Part shown: positions 39,962 through 49,413 of the stretch, piece after piece
Position numbering within the stretch: the first letter of the stretch is position 1
Layout of the letters: each line of letters opens with the position of its first letter
DNA from: an uncultured Gemmatimonadales bacterium
Lineage (GTDB): Bacteria > Gemmatimonadota > Gemmatimonadetes > Gemmatimonadales > Gemmatimonadaceae
Assembly (NCBI GenBank): GCA_963793305.1
Contig: CAWBZV010000003.1
Location: 544,001-608,000 of the forward strand
Reading direction: 5' to 3'
Length of the DNA: 64,000 bases
The notes under the pieces: generated by a model
Told to the model about the DNA's origin: nothing
What the model saw: only the letters and a program-made list of their open reading frames with translations
The model's database searches: none
Translations under genes and position numbers: made by a program

Positions 39962-40651
39962 ATGGCCCGCCACATGAGCGCTGACAAGGTTCGGGCCGAA
40001 CACATCGCCGCTTTTGGCGACGAGCTCGGGGCCATCTATCATGCGCTGCACAACGACGTAGTCTGGCTGCATATCTGCTGGCAGCAATACCGCCTCTTGT
40101 ACGGCACGAAACCCGAGCGCATTGACCTGCTGAACTCGGCTGGGCCAATGTTCTTTCGGATCGTGCAAGATATGCTGTTTGAGCAGACCCTCTTGGATAT
40201 CAGTCGGCTGACTGAAAGGTCCAAGATGGGGAAGCATGCACATCTGACCCTCCAGCGTCTCGTGGAGTCTCTACCAGCGGGCAACTTGCAACCTGCTGCT
40301 ATGGAGACCTTAACCGAGGCGATCAATGCGGCGGCCTTTGCACGCGAATGGCGCAATCGGCGAATCGCCCATCGTGAACTCGATCTGGCGCTCGATCGCG
40401 CAGCAAGTCCACTCAGCCCCGCCAGCCGCGCCACGGTAGACGGCGCGCTGGAAGCAATAGGGGCTGTGCTGAACGTCGTCAGCCTACACTATCAGCAAAC
40501 GGAAACTGTCTTCGACGGGGTCGGTAACATGGGCGACGCGACGCAACTGCTTTTCATTCTGAGAGACGGCGTTCGAGCGCGTCGCGAAGCCATAGAACGA
40601 ATGAGCGAAGGGCGGCCGAACGATTCAGACCTCGACCACGATCCCGTGTGA
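39962..40651 (+). CDS. HEPN-domain (AbiU2-like) protein
   Basis: Helical protein with LLDISRLTE and the Rx4-6H motif WRNRRIAH. Confidence 0.72.
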   Translation: MARHMSADKVRAEHIAAFGDELGAIYHALHNDVVWLHICWQQYRLLYGTKPERIDLLNSAGPMFFRIVQDMLFEQTLLDISRLTERSKMGKHAHLTLQRLVESLPAGNLQPAAMETLTEAINAAAFAREWRNRRIAHRELDLALDRAASPLSPASRATVDGALEAIGAVLNVVSLHYQQTETVFDGVGNMGDATQLLFILRDGVRARREAIERMSEGRPNDSDLDHDPV

Positions 40652-40882
40652 CCCGGTGCCATTCTACGAATCTTGTTGAGCGTCTGCGTCACAGTCGGTG
40701 CCGATGCCGGTTGACGATGCTTCTTGCTGCTCGAGACAGGGAAGGGTGAGACGGGGCGGGTGATATGGCGGGTGGCAGGGGGGCCAACCGGGGTGGTTCG
40801 GGTGCGATCGCGGAGGGTGCCAGTTCGGGTTGAGTACGGTTCTGGACACTCAAGCTTTCTGAAGTAACTTCAGGCTTGTCTT

Positions 40883-40933
40883 GGCCAGGTTCTGAAAATC
40901 CGCGTGTCGGCGGTTCGATTCCGTCCCTGGCCA
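40883..40933 (+). tRNA. tRNA-Phe(GAA) fragment/pseudogene lacking the D-arm and the 5' strand of the anticodon stem; possible att site
   Basis: CTGAAAA anticodon loop (40892-40898), TCCGCGTGTC, T-arm GGCGG-TTCGATT-CCGTC, acceptor 3' CCTGGCC-A. GGCCAGGT at 40883 is the matching 5' acceptor strand. Confidence 0.85.
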
Positions 40934-41189
40934 TTCCCTAACAGCATCGATCACAACGATTTCGCGAGTGGCCCACATGGGCGCTCGCGTTTGCGTGTGA
41001 CGGGTTTTGTGTCGGAAAGGCCACAAAAATCCACGTATCAGCCCATCCGCTCGACGCGCAACGCTGGTTTGATCTGCGAACGATGTCGGGTTCTGCGTTC
41101 TTGAGGCAGCCGAAACCGGCGTGTCTGCGTACCCATCGCCTCGAAGGCTGGTGTATCGAGCGCGTGTCCCACGCTGGCTCTCACTCCCT

Positions 41190-42290
41190 ATGACTCCATC
41201 CCGTACGGTTCTTCCCGAGCGCAATCTCGACATTCTCCGTGCGATCGCGGTGCTCGCGGTGCTGGTCAATCATGTCTTCGATGCGTACGGCAGTTCCAGT
41301 TCACTCGGCGGATGGTTCGGTCGCGCTGGCGTTCTGACATTTTTCGTTCACACGTCGCTCGTGCTGATGTCGTCGATGGAGCGACAGGGCACGGACAATG
41401 GGTGGGTCACACGATTTTATGTGCGTCGGGCATTCCGGATTTATCCGCTGGCCATCGTGGCCACCCTGATCGCCGCCGGATTTCGTATCACCCACGCGGT
41501 GCCAGTGGTGCATCATCCAGAGGTAGCACCGGTTCCAAGTCCCTTCGTGTTGGTGGCGAATTTGGCGCTGGTACAAAATCTCGTCGGGGCACGAGACATT
41601 CTGAGTGTGACGTGGACCTTGCCGGTTGAATTGCAAATGTATGTGCTGTTGCCCGTGTGCTATGTGCTCGCGCGACGCGATCAGCCGTTGTCCAACCTGC
41701 TCAAGCTGACGATGGTCGGTGGTGCGATTGGCCTGGGCATCCAGTATGCTCGACGGGCGTTGCATGACAATCCACACGCGTTTGGCCTGGCGCTTCGCAC
41801 ACCGCCCAATCTCTGGAAACTGACCGTCTTCGAGTTCATGCCCTGCTTTATGTGTGGGGTGTTGGTCTACAGTTTCTTGCGTCGGGGATGGAAGCCGGGT
41901 ATTCCGTGGCAATGGTGGGTGCCACTCATTGTCATCAACATGTGCGCAGGGGGGCTCATCGACCACTATTACCAATACAATCTGTGGCTGCAATGGGGGT
42001 ACTGCGCCATCGTCGCCGTCATCATTCTTTCCATACAAGAAATCCCCGAGAATTGGTTGAGCCATCTCGGACACGAATTTGCCAAGTACAGTTACGGCAT
42101 CTATCTCTTGCACATCATTGGGATGTGGGTAGGACTCACGGTGCTCGGCATGCTGCCGGTGTGGGTGGAATGGATTGTCGCGGGGGGTGTGACCGCCATG
42201 CTTCCCGTGCTGGCGTATTACACGATTGAAATGCCGGGCATTCGATTGGGACAACGTCTCACTCGCGTCCGTGTTCTGAACCGCCCGTAG
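41190..42290 (+). CDS. Acyltransferase-3 (OafA/YrhL-like) membrane protein
   Basis: LDILRAIAVLAVLVNH, FYVRRAFRIYP, WTLPVELQMY, YSYGIYLLH, YYTIEMP. Confidence 0.9.
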   Translation: MTPSRTVLPERNLDILRAIAVLAVLVNHVFDAYGSSSSLGGWFGRAGVLTFFVHTSLVLMSSMERQGTDNGWVTRFYVRRAFRIYPLAIVATLIAAGFRITHAVPVVHHPEVAPVPSPFVLVANLALVQNLVGARDILSVTWTLPVELQMYVLLPVCYVLARRDQPLSNLLKLTMVGGAIGLGIQYARRALHDNPHAFGLALRTPPNLWKLTVFEFMPCFMCGVLVYSFLRRGWKPGIPWQWWVPLIVINMCAGGLIDHYYQYNLWLQWGYCAIVAVIILSIQEIPENWLSHLGHEFAKYSYGIYLLHIIGMWVGLTVLGMLPVWVEWIVAGGVTAMLPVLAYYTIEMPGIRLGQRLTRVRVLNRP

Positions 42291-42545
42291 ATAGCGTGCC
42301 GGGCCAGTGGTCCAACCATGGGAAATTGACGACCTCGTTCTCGGTCGGGATCGCGCGCGCGCGATGAGGTAATCGCTCGCTCACCTTGAGCATTGTGCGG
42401 GCAGTACGCCGTCTTCCCAGCCCAGTATCTCGAAGGGCTTGCCCGCGATGACGTAGCGTACTCCGATACGATTCAAGTACGCGACAGCGCTGTCGGCGGA
42501 CGTGCCCTTTGGAAGATCACGATGCTTCACGCCCCAGGCGAGGGG

Positions 42546-42579
42546 TTGCATCCCAAAGCCGACATATGTAGAGTATGTC
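42546..42579 (+). promoter_or_regulatory. Leaderless-type promoter with PadR-like palindrome
   Basis: TTGCAT-N17-TAGAGT ends 5 nt before the ATG; inverted repeat GACATA-N7-TATGTC (42561-42579). Confidence 0.6.
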
Positions 42580-42897
42580 ATGCCTCGGCTGCCCAACACC
42601 TCGCCTCAGACCCTCAGCATTCTCGAACTTTTGCTTGAGTCGCCGCGCTCATGGCACTACGGCTATGCGCTCAGCCAACTCACAGGTCTCAAGTCTGGAA
42701 CGCTCTATCCGATTCTCCTGCGTCTTGCGGATCAGGGCTGGCTCGAGACCCGCTGGGCCGAACCAGAACAACCCGGCCGTCCGCCACGCCATACCTACCG
42801 CCTTACGGGAGCAGGCGCGAAGGCGGCGCGAACGAAGCTCGCTGAGGCGGCACCTTTGAGAATGACTCGTCGCCTCGCCCCTGTGCCAGGGAGCTGA
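42580..42897 (+). CDS. PadR-family transcriptional regulator
   Basis: YGYAL...SGTLYPILLRL...GWLE.RW...RPPRHTYRLT. Confidence 0.92.
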   Translation: MPRLPNTSPQTLSILELLLESPRSWHYGYALSQLTGLKSGTLYPILLRLADQGWLETRWAEPEQPGRPPRHTYRLTGAGAKAARTKLAEAAPLRMTRRLAPVPGS

Positions 42898-42899
42898 CA

Positions 42900-43803
42900 A
42901 TGCAGATGCACGGGCTCCTCGAACGTCTCGCCAATGTCTTGGCTCGACGACTGCTCAGCTGGCTGCACCGACGAGTTGAGCCTGGGTCGCGCGAGTGGCT
43001 CGACGCGCTCACAGCAGAATCGGAATGCGCCGACGACGGTTGGCAACGACTACGCTGGGCGTTGGGCGGAGTGCCACTCGTGTGGACCATCAACCAGCGC
43101 CGTCAAATGAACGAACCTCCCCGCGGCACCATGCGCGCACGAATCGTTCGCGGCGTCGCGAATATCGCGGCCATCGCGGGCGGGTTTGCAGTGATAATCC
43201 CAGCGACGTACCTCGCGACGTACTTCTTTCGCTGTCACCTCTCCTTCGGAAATCAACCGGGAGGATGCCAGGAACATCCTTTCGTCTTCGCCTCAATCAC
43301 CATCGGCGGCGGAGTGCTCGGCATGATCATCGCGTTTGCGTTGCGCGCAAGACTCGCGGCGTATTGGTGGGCCGTGGTTTCTGTGTTCAACACGGTGGGA
43401 TCTGTTTGGTATCTCCGCTCCGGCATCGTCGACTTGCCGCGGTATGGGGCAACGCAGTCGGCGATGCTGATGGCGGCGACCTTCGGCGTAGTTCTGGCCG
43501 CGATCATGCGAGAAACTCCTTGGACGGAGACTGACCACGGTCCCGTGCAGGAACGTCGGCGACAGCGCCGGGGCTCCTGCATCCCTTCTGAGCCGGCACC
43601 GTATCACCGCGCACCTCATCGCGGGTACGATCAGCTTCTCCATGGCGGATGCTCTTATTCGCATGCGCGGCCGTCCTCTCGTTGCGGATAACGTGAACCA
43701 CTATGCGGTCCTCGGGTCCGCCATGTTCGCGGCGATCCTCGCCGGACTGATCCGCCGACACTGGAGCCGACTCTCGGCCAAGGGCACCATCGTTCGACTC
43801 TGA
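42900..43803 (+). CDS. PadR-associated membrane protein; one-base frameshift at ~43552
   Basis: REWLDAL.AE...RLRWALGG N-terminus and several TM helices. Removing one A restores two more TM helices ending at TGA 43801-43803. Confidence 0.65.
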
Positions 43804-43816
43804 TCTACAGCCCCCA

Positions 43817-44260
43817 ATGGAGACCCGTATGAAGCGTGAGCGCGCGTTGCAGGTCGTCCTGGTCCTGGCGGGTTTGTATTATCTCACCTGGGCCTTCATC
43901 ACGTTCGATATCCTGTGGCACTCCAGTTGGCTTCAGGGCCATCAGGATGCCTTGCCGATGTTCACGAGCGTTAACGGCGTGCTCGGGGTCTTTCTGTTGC
44001 TGGCTGTCAAGCAGCCGGCAAGTCATCGCTCCCTGATCGCCTACGGGGCTTGGTCAAGCCTTGCCCATGCGTTCACGATGACAATCCAAACAGCCGAGGC
44101 CTGGACGCATGGGATTCACAGAGCCGACAGTCCCCAGGACATCGTGATCAATGGCGCTGTTGGAGTCTTGCTCCTTGTAGTCCTTGTAGGCCTTCCGGCA
44201 CAAGAACCAGCGCTGGCCCGCCCTGCCCCTGTCAGTGGGCCGCGCATGGCCGAAGCGTAA
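43817..44260 (+). CDS. Small membrane protein (DUF6632-like)
   Basis: RERALQVVLVL...LGVFLLLAVKQPASHRSLIAYGAWSSLAHA; family assignment from memory. Confidence 0.65.
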   Translation: METRMKRERALQVVLVLAGLYYLTWAFITFDILWHSSWLQGHQDALPMFTSVNGVLGVFLLLAVKQPASHRSLIAYGAWSSLAHAFTMTIQTAEAWTHGIHRADSPQDIVINGAVGVLLLVVLVGLPAQEPALARPAPVSGPRMAEA

Positions 44261-44379
44261 AGCGACTGGTCTGTCGCGGCGCGCAATCACTTCGCGAGCG
44301 CCGTCATTGGCGCTCGCGTTGTTGTGTGGCAGTTTTTGTGGTCCAGCGGGGAGTTGAGGCGGAGATGAGCGTTCGTTGA

Positions 44380-45363
44380 GTGGCAATGGGCAGTGTGCGC
44401 GTGTCGCTCACTCGATCGCCACACTCTCCGAGAGGTCTCATGATTCTGGTCATTGGATCCCGCGCCGCGCTCACGAGCGTCGCCGTCGCGGTCCTCGTCA
44501 TAGACGCCTCCGCGCTTCGCGGCCAGGGGCCATCGGGTGAGATCGGAAGTCGGCTGCGGGTCTCGGTGGCCGATCAGCCCGAGCTCGTCGGCACGGTCCT
44601 CGGCCGACGTGATGGCACCCTGTACCTGCGACGGGTGTCGAACGCCAACGGCGTGCCGGACACGATTGGCATCGAGCAGGCGACGATACGCAGCGTCGAA
44701 GTCAGCCACGGCACCCGCGGCCACGTCCTCCCCGGGATGCTGATTGGCGGTGCCGCCGGCGCTGGCCTCGGCGCGGCGGTCGCTGCTTGCAACAATTGCT
44801 TTGGCGGGTCCGTAGCCGGTGCGATACTCGGCGGAGGAAGTGGACTCCTCATCGGCGGTGTGCTCGGGGCCCTGACTCGCAGCGAGCGCTGGGTGCCCAT
44901 CGCGCCGAGCGCCGTGGGAAGGTCCACAACCGAATGCAGTGCCGGAACGGTACTGCGCGTCACGGTGATCGGTCGGCCGGAACCGCTCGTCGGTACCTCG
45001 CTCGGATCACGCGACACCAAGCTGTACCTGGTACGGGCGTCACCCCGTTATGGCGCGCCCGGCACGATTGCTATCGATCAGTCGACGATCCAGCACGTCG
45101 AGGTCCGCGATGGCACCAACGGGCACGCCCTCGCCGGAATGCTGATCGGCGGTGCCGCTGGCGCTGGTCTCGGCGCGGCGGCCGACCGCGTTCCTTCGGC
45201 CGGTGTGATCATCGGTGGGGGCGGCGGTCTCCTCTTGGGCGGTGTGGTCGGAGCCCTCATCCGGACTGACCGCTGGACGCCTATCCTACCAACGATTGCG
45301 TGGCAGTCTGCACCGGGACGAGGCGCGCGAATGGTGTCGCTCGGAGTCCACATCCCATGGTGA
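44380..45363 (+). CDS. Glycine-zipper protein made of two tandem repeat units (start uncertain)
   Basis: Twice: LRV.V...PE.LVGT.LG.RD..LYL...TI..VEV..GT.GH.L.GMLIGGAAGAGLGAA...GGG.GLL.GGV.GAL.R..RW.PI. Confidence 0.7.
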   Translation: MAMGSVRVSLTRSPHSPRGLMILVIGSRAALTSVAVAVLVIDASALRGQGPSGEIGSRLRVSVADQPELVGTVLGRRDGTLYLRRVSNANGVPDTIGIEQATIRSVEVSHGTRGHVLPGMLIGGAAGAGLGAAVAACNNCFGGSVAGAILGGGSGLLIGGVLGALTRSERWVPIAPSAVGRSTTECSAGTVLRVTVIGRPEPLVGTSLGSRDTKLYLVRASPRYGAPGTIAIDQSTIQHVEVRDGTNGHALAGMLIGGAAGAGLGAAADRVPSAGVIIGGGGGLLLGGVVGALIRTDRWTPILPTIAWQSAPGRGARMVSLGVHIPW

Positions 45364-45389
45364 GCCCACGTTTTCTGGAGGATGTCCAC

Positions 45390-46439
45390 GTGTACCAGCG
45401 GAACGTCGTCTCCCGTATTCTGACCGTCAGCGCACTGGTGATTGGCTGCTCGTCCTCGCCAACAGCGCCGGTCGTACCGCGGCCGACCGTGTTGGCCAAC
45501 TCCATTGTTTTCTATAGCACTCGGCAACCCGCCGGCCTGTACGCGATGCACGCTGACGGATCGAGTCAAGTTCTCCTCACCACAGATTCCGACGCCAGTA
45601 ATGGCGTGCGTGTGTCGCCGGACGGCAAGCATCTTCTGCTCACCATCGACTCCACGGTCTCCAACCCCGGCGGTCCTCCAATCGGGCTCTTGAACGTCGC
45701 CGTGATGAACCTGGACGGGTCGGGGCTCACCCGGTTGACGCAGAGCGCAGCGGGGTTTCCCATCCCCACGGGTTTCATTAACGCTGAGGCGGATGCGTCG
45801 GGTGGCGTGAGCGCGGCGTGGTCTCCCGACGGCAAGAAAATTGTCTTTACCGCCGCGCGCGATGGCTATCAGCCAAGCCTCTTCACCATGAATGCCGACG
45901 GATCGGGGCAGACGCGTCTCACCGCCAATCCAGCGCCCGATTCGGTGAGCCCGTCGTGGGATTTGGAGCCGGCATGGTCGCCCGACGGCCAGACCATTGT
46001 GTTCTATCGCTTGGTAGAAACGCGCCAAGCGGGGATCGTGCTCCAATCGCTCATGACGATTCATCCAGATGGATCCGGTCTCGCGTCCATACCCGGCGTG
46101 GGTGAGCAGGCCGTCGATCCGGCGCCATCCTGGTCGCCCGACAGTCGCCACTTGGCCTTCGATGGGGTCGTGAATGGGGTAAACGGTCTCGTCGTTAGCA
46201 ACGCCGACGGCTCGGCCGCGAGGATTCTCGTGTCCGGCCCGCTTGGGCACTCGGCGTCGTGGGCCCCGGACGGCAAGAGCATCGCGTACGAAGACGTCTG
46301 CTACTCCGGATGCCCCAACACTGGGTATGTGGTGAACGACACACAGATCTTCAGCATCGCGGCGAATGGCGGAGGCGCACGGCAGCAGTTGACGACGGTC
46401 GACGCGAACTCACAGCCGGTGTACAGCCCGTTGCCATAG
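45390..46439 (+). CDS. TolB-like PD40 beta-propeller lipoprotein
   Basis: RBS GGAGG, lipobox VIGC, repeated WSPDG and MNADGSG motifs. Confidence 0.88.
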   Translation: MYQRNVVSRILTVSALVIGCSSSPTAPVVPRPTVLANSIVFYSTRQPAGLYAMHADGSSQVLLTTDSDASNGVRVSPDGKHLLLTIDSTVSNPGGPPIGLLNVAVMNLDGSGLTRLTQSAAGFPIPTGFINAEADASGGVSAAWSPDGKKIVFTAARDGYQPSLFTMNADGSGQTRLTANPAPDSVSPSWDLEPAWSPDGQTIVFYRLVETRQAGIVLQSLMTIHPDGSGLASIPGVGEQAVDPAPSWSPDSRHLAFDGVVNGVNGLVVSNADGSAARILVSGPLGHSASWAPDGKSIAYEDVCYSGCPNTGYVVNDTQIFSIAANGGGARQQLTTVDANSQPVYSPLP

Positions 46440-46475
46440 GCCCGATTCCGTCCGATCGTAGTCCGGCGACCCCCT

Positions 46476-47006
46476 TTATGAGCCCCGCGCCGTGGGCGGC
46501 AGCAGGCCGTTCAGCCGCGAGTAGATCGCCATCTGGCTGTAATGATCGGCCCAGTCCTCCGTTCTCTCCGACATGAGCGCCGCCCGCGTCAACTGAACCC
46601 CGAACGCCGAGACACGTCCGCCCAGACCGGAATCGTTGAGATGGGCGGCCACCTGATCGCAGAGGGCGAAGCTCTCGCGGAGCCGGGCCACGAGCTTGGC
46701 CTTGTCGTCCGCCGGCGTGAGTTTGGCTCGGCCGGGTGCCTGTACATTCCCGATCGGCGCGCACGCCTCGTCGTTGTCTCCCGCGACGTGCAATACGACT
46801 TCGCCGAAGGTCATTTGCGCGGCCGTCGGCTTGTAACCGTACTTAGCCGCGGGCATCTCCTCGGCCGTGGCCACCAAGTTCTTCTCCAGGCGGGTGAGAG
46901 TGCCGCGGAATGAGTCGGACACGGGCGCCGGTGCCGGCGACTGCGCCGCGGCGAGGGCTGGCAGAAACGCGCTTGCGAGAATAAGGACAGGGCTGGTGAT
47001 TCGCAT
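46476..47006 (-). CDS. Secreted DinB-family protein
   Basis: Signal peptide, AEEMPAAKYGYKPT, TFGEVVLHVA, DHYSQMAIYSRLNG. Confidence 0.85.
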   Translation of the reverse strand: MRITSPVLILASAFLPALAAAQSPAPAPVSDSFRGTLTRLEKNLVATAEEMPAAKYGYKPTAAQMTFGEVVLHVAGDNDEACAPIGNVQAPGRAKLTPADDKAKLVARLRESFALCDQVAAHLNDSGLGGRVSAFGVQLTRAALMSERTEDWADHYSQMAIYSRLNGLLPPTARGS

Positions 47007-47046
47007 GAGAGGGCTCACGTGGGGAGAAAGCAAATCTGTATCGAGG

Positions 47047-47793
47047 TTAGACGCCTACGCTCGCGCGCCAGCATTCGGCGATCAGCGCGTGTCCGGGCGG
47101 TGTCGGATGGACTCCGTCGGCAATCCAGTACGTCTTTTCGACGCGCTCGGCCGCTGACGTGAATCGGGCCTGAAGCGGAACGAATGTCGCGCCCACGCGC
47201 TGCGCCACGCGGCTCGCGACCGCACGACGCTCCTCGAACTCGGGAAACCACGTGGCATCGACCGCGCCCGTCTGCAACACGAACGGCTCCATGACGACGA
47301 GACGAGCATTGGGCAGCGCTTGCCGGGTGCCTTCGAGGAGTGCGACGTACCCTTTTTCGTAATCCGCGATGGTGCCCGTGTAGCCGTGCGTCCGCGTATG
47401 CCAGAAGTCGTTCACGCCGACCAACACGCTCACGATGTGCGGCTGCAACGCGATCGTGTCGTCCGGCCAGCGCGCTTGGAGATCCGGGACCTTGTTGCCG
47501 CTGACCCCTCGGTTGAAAAACTGCAGCCGACGATCAGAGTACGACTCGAGAAGAGCGGCGGCCAAGAGCAGCGGATAGCCGGTGCCGAGTCCGGACGCGA
47601 TGTTGGGTTGGGCGCCTGTAGTCCGATCGCGGCCAGCGTCCGTAATCGAGTCGCCCTGGAAGAGAATGCGCGTGCCAACCGCGAGGTCCGCTCTTCGCGG
47701 CTCTACTTCCGGCTGAGTGTGGCCAGCGCAGGCTATCGCCAGCGTTGACGCGGCGGCAGCCGCGAACTCCCGACGCGTGATACGCGAAGCCAT
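47047..47793 (-). CDS. SGNH/GDSL hydrolase with Tat signal
   Basis: TRREF; FQGDSIT, NRGVSGN, GVND, DGVHP. Confidence 0.92.
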   Translation of the reverse strand: MASRITRREFAAAAASTLAIACAGHTQPEVEPRRADLAVGTRILFQGDSITDAGRDRTTGAQPNIASGLGTGYPLLLAAALLESYSDRRLQFFNRGVSGNKVPDLQARWPDDTIALQPHIVSVLVGVNDFWHTRTHGYTGTIADYEKGYVALLEGTRQALPNARLVVMEPFVLQTGAVDATWFPEFEERRAVASRVAQRVGATFVPLQARFTSAAERVEKTYWIADGVHPTPPGHALIAECWRASVGV

Positions 47794-47795
47794 CG

Positions 47796-49152
47796 CTAGC
47801 GACGCACCAGCGGCCGCCGTCCGCGCCGAAGCCGCGTGGCCAACGCACCAGCCGCGGCGTGATACTCGCCACGCCCGGCCGCGAGCCGCTGCGACAGCTC
47901 GCCAAGCCGCGCGACCGTCGCAACGAAGTCCGCGATCTCCGGCGGCACGTCGTCGGTCCGCGCCGCGAGCGGTACCGAGTCGCGCGGCGCGCCGCGCAGC
48001 GCGTCGAACGCCCGCCGCGCGAAACGCGTTAGCCCGTGCTTCTCGGCCAGCCGCGCCAGCCGCATGTACGCGTCGCGCGCCGCGTCCGCGCCGTCGAACG
48101 CCAGCCAGCCGTCGCCGAGCTCTTCGAGATAGATCGCGAGAAGTCGAGCGGGCAAAGGGATCTTGTCCAGCGTCGCGCGATGCTGGTCGAACGAGTCGCG
48201 ATGGTTATCCGCCGCCGCGAGCATCAGCAGGTTGATGCACGCCGTCCACCGAATGCTCCGCTCGCGCGCCGTCAAGAAGACCGTCTGGCATGCGCTCCGG
48301 GCCTGGTCGTGCAAGCCCATTCTATAGAATACGACGCCAATGTCGCCGAGGAGCCGGCTCTGCCCCTCGCGGGCAGCGGTGTCGCCCGTGCGGAGCCACA
48401 CAGAACGTCGCCTCCATCGCCCGCTCGTGCCAACGCAGCGCCTCCACGAAATCGCCGCGCTCGCGAGCCGCGTTCCCGCGCTCGTGCGCCGCGCGCGCGA
48501 TCAGGCACTGGTCCCCGAGTGACTCGGCGCTGGCGAGCACGGAGGTCGTCCACGACTCGGCGTCCTCGATGTTGCCGCGCATGCACGCGAGACTCGCACG
48601 CGCGATCTTGAGGTTGAGCGCCGGGCGCACCTCGCCGTAGCGAATCGCGCGCGCGATCCCGAGCTCGAACTCCGTGTCGGCGCCATCGAAATCGCCCGAC
48701 TCGCGGAGACAGTAGCCGAGGCGCAGATGAGCGGTCGCCAGGTCGAAACCCGGGCAGGATTCACCGCAGTCGACGATGCGACGGTAGACGGCGATCGCAA
48801 GATCGAAGTGCCCGCTCTTGTGCAACCGCTGCGCGTAGCCGACGAGCGCGATCAGCGTGCTCTCCGGTGGGATGAACCCCTGCAGCGTGTCGACAACGCC
48901 CGTGAGCGCCATCCGCATCAATGGCGACGGCACGCTCGCCACCGCGCGGCGGAGCATATCCATCTTCCGCACCCCCGGCCGCCGGCGCGGACTCCGCGGC
49001 GCGATGCAGGCGTCAGCGCACTGGAGCACCATCCGACCCGCGTGCAACGCATGCCACGTCGGGCTTCCCTTTCGCCCGCGACTGAGCGTGAGCGAGAAAA
49101 CCTCGTAGGGATCGAACGGCGCGGTCGCGGACAGTGGGGAAGTGGGGCCCAT
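47796..49152 (-). CDS. Tetratricopeptide-repeat protein; one-base frameshift at ~48404
   Basis: TPR-like helices (AHLRLGYCLRESGDFDGA, AAHERGNAARERGDFVEA, LLGDIGVVFYRMGLHDQA); a 1-base deletion joins ORFs 48322-49152 and 47796-48401. Confidence 0.75.
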
Positions 49153-49167
49153 GGGTGTGAGCCCGGA

Positions 49168-49281
49168 CTAGTAAGTGCCAGCGCCCGATGTGGCGCCGCC
49201 ACCCGAATCCGCGCGGACGACTCGAGGACAGGCGGCGCTCAGGATCAGGGCGAGCAGCGTGAGAAAAAGTACACGGTGCAT
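49168..49281 (-). CDS. 37-aa putative secreted peptide precursor MHRVLFLTLLALILSAACPRVVRA-DSGGGATSGAGTY
   Basis: Hand-translated (below the ORF-track cutoff). Basic N-terminus, hydrophobic core, VRA cleavage-like site; stop lies 15 nt before the TPR gene start. Confidence 0.65.
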   Translation of the reverse strand: MHRVLFLTLLALILSAACPRVVRADSGGGATSGAGTY

Positions 49282-49413
49282 ATGCGGTCAATATCGTGTC
49301 AGCGGTCGCGAAGCAACAGTCACAGTTTTTTGCCGTCCGCTCAAGCGAATCGCGTACCTGGCGAATGTTACATGGCGCGACTATATCGAGAGCGTCCCGA
49401 AGAGGAGACTGTC

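Noticed and set aside
42381..42599. 72-aa minus-strand ORF between the acyltransferase and padR
   Set aside because: It overlaps the padR promoter and start. Part of it may be a gene remnant, but I could not support any family.
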